Assembly: GCA_043228905.1 (NCBI GenBank)
Contig: JBHGNT010000008.1
Span: 4,340,001 to 4,404,000, forward strand
Length of the DNA: 64,000 nucleotides
Direction of reading: 5' to 3'
DNA from: Azolla caroliniana
Taxonomy: Eukaryota > Plantae > Polypodiophyta
The position numbers and the translations under genes are program-made. Below, one piece after another: positions 1 to 11,775 of this stretch. Positions within the stretch are counted from its first letter, which is position 1; every line of letters starts with the position of its first letter. A model generated the notes under the pieces. It was not told where the DNA came from, ran no database searches, and worked only from the letters and a program-made list of their open reading frames with translations.

Positions 1-359
1 TATTACGGGTAAGGTTAATGATGTCACATTTCGCCTTGATAGATACATCCGGTTTTCCATTGTTCTCTTCTTGAACCTTATAAAGCAAACACCATTCCCG
101 ATTGTGTTACACCACCGCCGCCCCCGCTGGAGTTGGACGTCGGCCCGGAGTATGAAGTGCTGCCATCCTTGATTCCAAACTTATTCGCAACAAACTTTAT
201 TATTTGGTCGATTGGCTTGGTTATAGTCCGAGCGAACGCACTTGGGAACCCGTCGTGCATGTTGCCAATGCTCAGGATCTGCTTGCTGATTTCCACCAAA
301 AGTATCCGGACAAACTCGGTCCGCAATCAGCGCCGACTTGTTCCACTCGTCGTCTTTAA
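1..359 (+). pseudogene. pol: 3' end of chromovirus (Ty3/Gypsy) pol: integrase C-terminus plus chromodomain, frameshifted
   Basis: Manual translation gives IHPVFHCSLLEPY...ELDVGPEYEV / AAILDSKLIRNKLYYLVDWLGYSPSERTWEP (chromodomain-type YEV..I.D...YLV.W.GY...TWEP). A polypurine tract AGGGGGAGATAG follows at 359-370. Confidence 0.85.
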
Positions 360-370
360 GGGGGAGATAG

Positions 371-826
371 TGTCATGATATGGCAAGACTCGAACCCATG
401 ACCTTATGGTATATGGGTCGAGCTCTTAACCATCACACCATCTATTGTAATTCATAAATTATTATTTTCATTTTTTTTTTGTTTTATTATAAGAAAGTAA
501 TGTATATTCCAGATTTCTCTGGAACATTCTAGAAGTTTCAGGATTACTCCTGACAACACTATAAAAGAAGGCATTAGGCATTATGTTGAACCAAATTGGT
601 TCAACGCCAGTCTTAAGCCTCTCAGCCGCTTTGTACTTTTCTTTTCACATAATATATTAGTTGTTGTCATCATCTTTCTCTCTCTCTCATCCTCGCTATC
701 TCTCTCTCTCTCTCTCCTCTTCTCACTTCCTCTCTCGGGAATCTTACGCAGTCTCATCCTCTTAGTACTAATAGTACTGCTCTTCTTAGTACTAATTCCA
801 TCTCTGCTTTAGTACTATTCCTGACA
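371..826 (+). mobile_element. Chromovirus LTR (TGTCA...TGACA), flanked by an upstream PPT and a downstream primer-binding site
   Basis: Starts TGTCATG immediately after the PPT and ends CTGACA. TATAAAA at ~560. An antisense tRNA-like A/B-box stretch lies at 380-440. Confidence 0.8.
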
Positions 827-899
827 GTTTGAACCAATTTTCCCTTTCCTCCAGCCTACTTGTCATTCTCCCTCATCCTCCTACCCTTTTCCCTATACT

Positions 900-1092
900 A
901 TGGCTACTGTTAGCGCCCAAGAATATCAATCCGTTTTCTCCGAGTTATAGTGCCTAAAAGAAAAGTTTGTTGCCCTGGAACAAGAAAACCAACGGTTGAT
1001 AGGGGATCTGCAACAAATCGCTCTCGAAAAACAACAAACGCAACAACAACATGGGGAGTTAGCGTTACGAGTACAACAACTCGAAGCAGCGT
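900..1092 (+). pseudogene. gag: Chromovirus gag N-terminus (coiled coil), disrupted
   Basis: ATG at 900: MATVSAQEYQSVFSEL*...QENQRLIGDLQQIALEKQQ. It lies downstream of the LTR/PBS and is cut by a Copia fragment. Confidence 0.6.
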
Positions 1093-1699
1093 TGCTCCAT
1101 CGACATAGCTCCAATATCCATGTCCGAGCAGGTACTGGTGCATCTTGTACGACCAAGATGCATAGTTACTTCTATTGAGCTTCTCAGTTGGAAGCGAACT
1201 AGCCATACCTCTATCCATTTTTTCCTTTTCGTTCTTCACCACGATTAGGGTTTTTTGTTGTTGTTGTTTCAAGCTAAAGTCGGCTAAAGAGGTTCTCAAC
1301 CCTCACGCTCTGATACCATGTGAAATGTTAAGTGTGGAAGCTATACGAAGCACAAAATACCGACAGAGAAGAACAGGTTTAGTGGAGAGCTTAAGACGCA
1401 ATGTACACAGGAGAGACAGAGACTCGGGAAAACAACTAAATTCAAATAATATGAAAAACTCTATACATAGGATGTGCTCAAGGAGCACTTTTATACAAGT
1501 CCATATAGACTGACTGAAGTATTGACACGTACTTCAATGCTCATAACTGAGCTCCTACACTAACTCCCAAATATATTCCCTTGCGGAATATCTGTTCAAC
1601 GGCCTCCCGGTTTCCACACCGATACGGCCTCTTGTTGCGTACCGGTTTACGCACCAGTTTACGCACCGATCCAGCCAATGTTGAGCTTGTATCTCAACA
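1090..1699 (-). mobile_element. gag: Truncated Ty1/Copia 5' end: LTR (1319-1699), tRNA-Met PBS and gag start
   Basis: Minus strand reads TG...CA LTR, then TGGTATCAGAGC, then gag KLNRSNYASWSYKMHQYLLGHGYWSYVDG. Confidence 0.8.
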
Positions 1700-2010
1700 A
1701 AGCACAAAGTCTCTATGCGGAAATAAGGCGTACACATATGAGTTCAACCTTCGAGGTGGTATCTTAAGTATGGCACTTAAGTTATCATCCCTTCTTAATA
1801 TGTCATCATATCTTGAATGAATTGCGCTATATGTTGAGCATGTGAAGAAAAAGTGACATTCATCCTCTATCATGCCTTCATTGCATACTTTACATGCCTT
1901 CAAATTTGTTACATTTTGATACCATGATGCAACTTCAATACCTAACTTGTGAGATCGACTGCGAAGTAGTGTGAGGGCTCTACGAGCATTACTACTCATA
2001 TTGGTAAAGG
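1700..2010 (-). mobile_element. LINE 3' fragment (C-terminal cysteine motif of the RT ORF)
   Basis: CKVCNEGMIEDECHFFFTC; nearly identical to 23723-24050. Confidence 0.75.
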
Positions 2011-4406
2011 GAGAGAGAGATTTGTCAATTCGAAGGTCAAATATGACTTATGAGATAAAAATATAACCTTTTCACATAATACATTGAAAGTGAGTAGCTA
2101 TTCGTGATGTTCAAGAACTTTACTAATTACTGTCACAATTGAGAGTGCATATTGTGACTTTGAGAGAAAGTTATAGAAGGATTGGGTTTGATCAACGGTG
2201 TGTAGAAAGAATAGTCAAATGACACCTTGATTTCTGTAGTGCTTCTTTAAAGGTTTCAAATATGACATTATAGGTTATAGCATCCCTAAGTACTCTACTT
2301 ATAAAGAAGGTTAGAATGTCCAAAACTACTTTCTTATAAAGTTTTTGCAAGTCAATATAGTTTCTTAAACAAACTATCAATTTGAAAATGTCCCTATTGT
2401 GATGGGCATAGAAAGAGTTGTTAAGTACACATGTTGAAGGTTAAGAAAAAATCCTTACATTGACTTCATAGGATCCCATGAGAAGCAAGCAAAATCAAAT
2501 TAAAAAATATGCAAAAGCAAATGACTTCCTACATTACCCTTACATTGACTTCCTAGGTTTTAGACAAATGTAAGATACGAAAAAATAATTTGGACAATTG
2601 GATCATTACATTTCTTCTTAAAGCATCAATTGATTTCTCTCTTGATGTGGCTTTTTAGTAGCGTCAATGTGTCATGACTAGGAAAGTTTTAGAGGCTCAC
2701 ATTGCACACATTATATTACATATGTTGCACCAAACCAAGAAAAACATTATATTCTTTTAAATAGAAAACCATATTCACTACATATTAGAGCCCCATCATT
2801 CACACCATTACTTCCATACGACTTATCTCAAATTCCCCTCTATGGGAGACATGGAATTTGGGCACAAATGAGGAAACTTGTTGACTGGTTATATTTTTCC
2901 TTAAACAAGTTTGTGAGTGTGGGTATGACATTTCGATATTGTGTTCTTTCTTTGAACACATTTGTGTTTCCTTTGCACACATGTCAATATGATCCAATCC
3001 TTGCACATGTTTTTTGTGTATTGTCACAATGTGCACTCTCAATAACAACATCATTATTCAATTTCTTAAACATTTTGAATCATTACTCAAATCCACAAAA
3101 GATTACATCGAAATGTTTCACTTTTATTCTTTATAAATCCTATTGACCTCCCACGATTCTAATAAAATCTCTAGGGCCCCTCTACGTCTCGATTCGATCA
3201 ATTCTCATTGAGATCTTGGCTATGGAAATTATTGAGTACACACAAAAATCCTTCACATCAACTTCCTAGAATTCAAGTAACGAAATTCAAAAAGCATGCC
3301 AAAGCAAGACTTTGGATTTTGGATGGATGCAAGATATGAAAACTGGTTTGGAAAATGGATTCATTACATTTTGTTTTAGGATATGTCAATAAATTCCTCC
3401 ATGTATGAGTTTTTTTTTGTAACATCAATGTGTCACAACGTTGGAAACATGTGTAGGTGCATGTTTCACACATATTGTATTGCATGTGTTGCATCAATCT
3501 TCTCTGTTGAATGGGGAAACCATATTCATTGATACATGTTATTGTCAATCCCTTATTGTCTGCCATCTACATCGTTGTTTCTATATGGGTTAGCTCACAT
3601 TCTCTTCGTATGGCATAGGGCATTGAGACTCAAGTGAGGAGATTCATTGACTATGCTTACTTTTCTTTGTTGAACAAGTTTAGGATTCTATTGCACAATG
3701 TTTTGGCTTTGGCCACATTCAAGTTTCCATCCCACATATTGTCAATATAGTGCATTGCGTCCACACATTCCTTTCATAGTCACAATGTACACTCTCAACT
3801 ACAACATTCATTAGTAAACCTCTTGAACATCGACGGTCACTACTCAATTCCACACATACTATGTGAAAATGCTTCACTTTTACTCCAATTCAAAACATAT
3901 CAGTGTTTTAAAGCTATCAACACAGACAACCCACGAATTGTTATCTATCAAAAAGATACGTTTGCATATAATGGAACATGAGAATCCCATCATGCATCCG
4001 ACATTTGACTAGCCACCATTGTATATATTGGGTAATATTCCATGTAAGGAATACCTCCAATATCAATAAGCAAACTCTATCTTCAATCAACTTATGACAA
4101 ATGTCATAAGAGTATCAAACTTTTTTGTTATTGAATAACCAATCTTTGTGTGTTTCATCTACCACCAATTTCAAAACAATTACTACGATGTTTACAATGT
4201 GGTAGTGGCCACTTCACCAATCTCAAACTTAGTTACTTGGGTGTCATTATTAAGTGTTGAACTATGCCATATTCTAAGCATTCAAATGATCCAGCTCTAT
4301 TGATAACTTGTCAACATGTCACTTAAAACCTCATTTTGATATCATGGCAAATGACAACCTTTTCTACCAAAAACATATCATCTCCAATCAAGGTTGAGTT
4401 TCAATG

Positions 4407-4441
<35 letters not shown>

Positions 4442-4899
4442 ACTAGATTTGAAATGGGAAGCTTTCACGAAAGTCATTTTCTTATGCGTAAAGAAATGAT
4501 TTCCATTTAATCATATGTCTTGCAAAGGCATCAATAGATGTAGCTCAAGGAAAAAATGGACCGATAAGGAATGTCATGTAGCTTGAAAGTACTTTATGAG
4601 TTTAGAAGTAGTCAAAGAAAAGGAAAGCCATAAAAACATATACATACATTATACATATATAAGACTTATTCAAAGTAAGAGAAACATATAGAAATTGAAC
4701 TAAGAATTACTCCACACCTAAGAGAAAACACATGAATATAGTAAAATTTGAAGAAACTTTAACGGGAAACATGTTGAGATTTATAGTAAATTTACTTTTA
4801 TGAACTTATCTATAAAGCGTAAGAACTTATATGAGTAATCACCTGTCAGAAATATTGTGAGTTATGGTTATCTTATACTTATGCTTTCATACTTTACTA

Positions 4900-6780
4900 T
4901 TGAGGATGTATGCATAGGGTATAAGAAATTGGCCACTCAAAAGGTAGGAGACCTTCAAGGTATTAACATTGAAAATGCCTAAATGGACAAGAAAGGAAGC
5001 ACCTAAGTGGAGAAGTGATATATCTAGTCATGCCTCACAATTTGAGTACAAATTGGATCAAACCTTCACATAAAGGAAGTGATACAAATAATGCAAACAA
5101 CTACCAAACAATCATGGGCACACTCTTATGGCCGAGTTATTTAGATGTGTATTGAAATCTAAATTAAGTATGGTTGAAAAGAATGGTAAGATAGCCCACA
5201 TACAAGCTAGTTTTTCAAAACTCCATGCCACTCTTCAAGTATTGATTGAGGAATGCCATTTAAAAGGCAAAGGATTATATTGTTTCTTCATAGACTTCAA
5301 GAAAGCTTTTGGCATGTTGCCCTATTAATATCTTTGAGGAATCATAGAAGAACTTAAGGTACTAAGTGAACATATGCTTGCAAGTAAATCTATGAGAAGG
5401 TGAAATCTTATTTGCATATGGAAGATAGAATTTTAGTATTTTCATTACCACAATTGGTGTTAAGCAAGGATTCCCGCTCTCATAAACTCTCTTTATTATG
5501 TACTGAGCAATTGGAATGAGTTTGTAACGTACGAAAGAGTTGAAGAAGTTCTCAATGGGAACACAACCATCATACTTTTGTTCTACATAGTTAATGTTTT
5601 GCTTTCATCACATACTTTAGAAGATGCCCAAAAGCTTATGAGTATTGAAAATCTTTTGCATGCATAGTATGTTGTTTGTGTCAATAACTCCAAAATGAAG
5701 ACTCAAAATAAGGATAAACCATGCATTGTATACAATAGTGAGCCATTTGAAAATGTCGAAAGCTTCAAACATCTTAGATTCGAGGTTCCTTCCAATCATA
5801 GACAGAATAAGTGAACTATCCACCACTTAGAAGAGGGAATGAGGGGCCTACTAGGCATTGGAGAACATATGCAAAATTAGTTTCTCAAGAAATACTCCTT
5901 TAAAGTTTCTTCAAGTCACACTAGAACATGATATTCCTTCCAATCATAGACAGAATAAATGAACTATCCACCACTTAGAAGAGGGAACGAGGGGCTTACT
6001 AGGCATTGGAGAACATATGCAAAATTAGTTTCTCAAGAAATACCGCTTTAAAGTTTCTTCAAGTCACACTAGAACATGATAGATGCTCCTACATGTAGAG
6101 ACCAAATCACTTCCCATTGAGATCTTGGCCATGAAAAGGGTTGTTAAACAAAGCTATAAGGCTAAAAAATTCCTCACATCAACGTTACAGAATTGTATGA
6201 GAAACATGTAAAAATATTAAGAAGGCGAAGAAATGCAAATTTATCGGTTCTAGACGAATGCCATATATAATAAATGATTTGGAAAATGGGATGCAATAAA
6301 TTTGATTCATGATGTGCCAATAGATTCCTTTGTGTATGAGGTTTTTTTGCCGCATCAATTAATACAACTTGGGAACATGTGAGACTCACATTTCACTCAT
6401 TATACTACATATGTTGTACCAAACTACAAAAGCATTTCCTTCTCCAATCTTTGAAATCACTCATTGCTACATGTTAAAGCTCATCCAAATGTCCATCATT
6501 TGCTCCATTTTTTCTAAGCGACTTTCATTCAACTTCTCTTGGATGTGAGATGGAGCTTTAGGGCACATGCAAGGACACTTGTGGAAGTATCACATTTTGA
6601 TACAATACTATATTTGTCTTTGACCATATGCAACATTGCTTGACACACATTATCAATTCACTTGACTCCCTATGTTCATTCCAATAACAGCCACAATGTG
6701 TACTCTCAATTGCAATGTTCATTGCTAAAAATCTTGAACATCAAGAATCGTTAGTTAATTCCATACATTATGTGAAACAT
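4900..6780 (+). mobile_element. Degenerate LINE reverse transcriptase region
   Basis: YCFFIDFKKAF motif (ORF 5128-5328) and a GVKQG-like stretch at ~5460. Similar to the better-preserved LINE at 48870-51330. Contains a ~147-bp tandem duplication (5788-5933 / 5936-6081). Confidence 0.7.
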
Positions 6781-9700
6781 TTCAACTTTTGACCTCAAAG
6801 GATAATAATAAAATTTTCCTACCTCTCTCTACATACATACCATATTATGTGGAAACATTTCACTTTGATCCCATTGTGAGAAGGATGAGCATATGATATT
6901 TCTCTTTGCTTAGGTTTTTATATATAGTAATAATATATAATATAGTTGTGATGACCTAAGACATATGCATATGCTCACTAGACATCAATGTCCATCTAAA
7001 ATAAAAATATGCACATTGTCGTTGTCTATCTTTGTTATTGACTCTACCAATATGATAACATTTGAATCACAATTGAAAGATTGATTGCATCCCCTAATAT
7101 GCATATTATGGCTACTCGCCTTTAGTTCGCATCATTAAATTGACATATGTATAGAGTTTGTTTGATCTTTTTCGTTAGTTGTAATATATAATGTCATTTG
7201 AGTCCTCATAGTACTTAGCTTATTTCCCTATTCAAAGACATATTATTGATACATGTATGTCAATATGATCACAAGACTATAGTCTACATTGTATCTAGAG
7301 TTGACATGATCCCTTTGTTGACTCTACTAATGTATGAGCATTAGAGTTCATTGTCATCCCCATGTGTATGTGCTAAGTAGACCTTTGGGTGAGTCTACAC
7401 TTGACTTGTTTTTATGTGGACCCAAAGTTGATCCACCAATGACTTTGTTATTGATAGTAAATCAAGTATTTCTTTGAAAATATGCTTATCATTGTAGGAA
7501 TGTACAGTGTACTCATTGAAAACACCCTTAAAGTTTGTGCTTTATATATTATATTCATTCACTAGTTTATTTCAATGCATAGTAGATGTGACGACTAGAA
7601 ATTGTCTCCAGCCTCCATTTGCTCTGTTAGCAATAATATAGGAAGTTGGCCTTCAATAATAGCTAAACGTGAGATTTAATGCATTGCGAGTGTTAACCCA
7701 ATATAATATCCTTGATTTTATTTATCGAGATGTATTTGCTCATCAACAAGGTTGGGAGAAGGAGATTTAGAGATGAATAGTACAAACATAGCCTATTCAT
7801 TATAGGGTATTTCAAGCTATTAGTTTAGAGCGAAATTCTATTGAATTTCAAGCCTCCATTCAAAATCTAATGTCCAGTTGCATTTGTGATTCATTTTAAA
7901 CTTAATATTGGTAATTTGGTAGTATGTTGCCAAGTTGCCAACCATAATGATCCCCGGTCAAATTTGGTCCCACAAACATTTACGTTGGTGTGCATGGGCT
8001 CAACTTCTTTATGACAATAAAGGGGGGCAATAAAGCGGTATTTTCTTTTTGTTTGTTCGAAAACCAATTCTTATTTATTTTGATTGTAAGATAAACATGT
8101 CACCATATATGTCCCTGTATTTCCTTTGCATAATTTCCTTGACTAAAATTTGTTGTTATTAACATCTTTCATAGTGGTCCTATTATTCTAAGTTGTCGGG
8201 CCAACTATTTTTATTAATCCAAACATTTTGCCGCAACCTCTAGGTTTTATGTCAACGTCAATATTGAATCAAACTTTTGAAAAACGAGATATAAAAGAAA
8301 ATAAATATGTTGACTACAAAGTTTGTCACTTAGTATGTCCAACTTGAGCATTCAAATATGCATGTAGTACTCGAATATAACGGTTTTGGTATGAGTGTGA
8401 TATATAATGTGACTATTGTGTGTTAGAAAGTGAGCAATTATTATTGTACGAAATGGTTTTTTCTACATAGTCATCTTTCTCTTCACTAAATTATATGTGT
8501 GACATTGCCATATTACCTCAATGAAAGATGAGTGGCTGGTTATCTGTCAATTATTTTGTCGTGTTAGCATTGCCTTTTATTAAGCCACTTTATCATTTTA
8601 ACCTTAGGGTCATATAAACAGAAATTCTAAATCCAAAATTGTAGAATTGAGCCCATCATCTCAGTGTTTATTTAAACATTTGTGTAATAGGATACCACTT
8701 GCTTTAAACTTGAGTTCACAAAGTGAACGTTTTGAATGCATAATATGTAACACATGATTGGGAGATTCTAACACATCAATTACCTTTGACGATCTTTATT
8801 ATAAAAATCATAAGTGCTACCACTATACCATCATGTTTATACACTTGATGCATAAATATAATTTCTAGTGGATGCAGAAATACAATGCCATTGCCTTATT
8901 ACAAGCTTCGTTAATACCTTGCACCCAAAAGTACACATTTGAAAATGTTTTCCATCTTAATCCACTAACACATTCGATAGAAAAGCTCTAATGATTAAAA
9001 ACAACATTATGTACTATTTTATTGAAGGATTATTGAATCTTACTATTGCTACCAGACTCCATAATGGTGAAAGTACGAGTCCAATGAGATTGTGAGAAGA
9101 TAATGCAATTAAGTCATCAAAAATTTCGTAACTTGTTTCACTTATGCTTATACATGAAAGTAGGACTTGGTAAGACGTAAATTCTCAAACCATTTTTTAG
9201 TTACATATAAATTATAATTAGAAGCATAGATTGGCCAATTCCCCTTTATTATTATTGACATGACCATTCAATATCAAATTTGATATATTTGCATGAAAAC
9301 TTGATGTATTGGCATATTTTGTATTTAAGGTAAGACAGAAACTATATGACAACATGGTAGACAACAAAACCTTGCCTTGCAAGTTTTTTTTGTGGATTCG
9401 CTTAACACAATTCCTTGTGTAATGAATGAGCTTTTTTAAATGTCTCATAAAAATCTAAAATATAATGCCTATTTCTAAAGTACATGACACCATAACAACC
9501 TTTGGAGGTTCAAAAAACTACAACGCGTATGTATATATTTAAACATGTGTAGAATCAAGCCGAGGGAATGTATGGTGTCATTTGAGCATTCATATGATCA
9601 TTTATGTTTTATACAACTCCCTACTGTTGTGAATAGAAGAATTTAATACCTTCGATCATGATATATCTATCTATATATATGCATATATTCCAAAACAGGG

Positions 9701-10451
9701 AGTATCATGATATTATGTTTATATAATTGTAGTATGTAAGCATTAATCTGCCAAGCCAAACACATGAACTAGGTTGTTTGAATGTTCAATGCCATTTGAG
9801 CATTCACATAATCGATAAGTTTTGCAATATTACCCTACCACTACATCTTTGTGTGGGTTTTTATTAAATAATGTATATCGTAAATCCGATAACTTTGTAC
9901 AAAATTTCCATAAATCAAAATCACCATGAAAATATTTGTGGTCTTAGAAAAAAGAGTGAATGTAAATGAAAAAAGCCTCAATGCGATCCTCATCTTTGGA
10001 GGATTTGGTGGAACCATCACTTTCGCCCCTAGTGGGTAAAACCATTGTCTTTAGGCAACACACCTCCCCACTTATAGACAAGTTACCCCTAACAATATAG
10101 TAGATAACCTTGACCCTTAATTGTTGTCGGAGAATCATTGTGTCACGTGTATTTGTATTGTATAGGCTTTGATATGTGAATTCCATCAACCCTAGTAAAT
10201 TTGTAAGGCTTTGATATCTCGAATGTACAAGTTAGCCTTTCTTTCTAATTAGGAAAGATCAAGTTATACCAATAGAGTGATGAGATATTAGGAGAATTAT
10301 ACGTTATATTGAATGCTATTTAAACATAGATTAAGCTTCTTTGCATCGACAATCTATACTACGAATAAAGTTGATGTTTAGGAATGTAAATCATTTGTGG
10401 GTATACTTGTGCTTGTGTGTATTCATAAGCATAGTCGAGTCCCTCAAATAG

Positions 10452-10452
<1 letters not shown>

Positions 10453-10530
<78 letters not shown>
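10453..10530. repeat. (CA)n microsatellite
   Basis: Uninterrupted AC dinucleotide run. Confidence 0.97.
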
Positions 10531-10536
<6 letters not shown>

Positions 10537-11775
10537 TTGTTACAAGGACAATTGAACCCCATAGGTGTGTGGAGTTCATAACTGACTCTTGATGTTCAAT
10601 ACTGCTATTAATGAATATTGCGAACGAGAATGCACATACTCATTGAATGAAAAATGTGTGTATGTACATGTTAGGGTTGAAAAAGTGGTGGGAGGAACCG
10701 TGAATGTCATCGAAACATTAGATATGAGTCTAACACTCACAAGCATGAGCTTCTTTAGGCCAATGCATATGACACGTGACCTAATGCCCTAGCTCACACC
10801 AAACAAAAGGTACATTTAGTGTGGAATCGATGGGGTGGATTACATAAAGAGATATGTGTGTGTCACACACATTCACGGAGACCAAATCTATATTCTATGG
10901 GATAATTCAAGATCATGGTGACAATCCAACTTGGGTTCTTTACATTTTATTACTTTGATGATACTATATAAACCACCAAACTAACTACTAGAGAGAGAAG
11001 AAGATAGACAACTTTATGCTCAAGAGTGGGCAATGCCAACCCTATTGTAATGTGTACCTATTTAAATGTTTTGTCCATATTTTTGTTGACAATTGTCTGT
11101 TTGTGTCTAGGTTTGTATGTGTGTGAGACAAAAAACACATGGTCATTTCTAGGTGTTATAAAATGACCATTATATTGCATTCTACCATTAATATACAAAA
11201 GATGAAGTCAAGCACAAGATCCCATATAAGTCACATATGATGTTTTCTACGTAGTATAAACAAAGAGACAAGGAAAAGCACATAATTAAATTTGTCCACA
11301 AAAAGTATGAAATTCAATCGATGTTTTGAAAGTGAGCATAATCATCAAATGGAGGAAGGAGCAAAACATAGCCGCAACCATAAAATGGGTGAATAACTAG
11401 TCAGTTTGAAAGGATATAACACGTTCGCGTTCACAAGTGGAAGGATCGCGCATAAATGGAAGGATAAGGGAAATTTTAGGGGTTTTTCAATGATTTTACA
11501 AAACACATTGATACCAGTATCATACATGTTCAAACATACTATGAAAAAGGTTAAAAATCCACTATTTTCGTGATTTAGAAGTAACTAAAAAAAGACGAAT
11601 TTCAAAAACATACATTCTCAATTTATATCACAAACTTTACAACCAATGTTATTTTATAAGAAACGATTTTTTAGAAATCATAAGAATTCAAAACACATGA
11701 TTTTATATTACTCGATTTGTTACAAGCGGAATGTAGTTACACTTAATAGCCAAATATACATTCATGATCACTCCT

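Noticed and set aside
7400-9900. Possible very old DNA-transposon coding remnant (EPMH-like motif on the minus strand near 7990)
   Set aside because: Too degenerate; no sustained reading frame or termini to support a call.
10669-11140. Possible solo LTR (TGTTAGG start, TATA box, CA end)
   Set aside because: No TSD or second copy could be confirmed.
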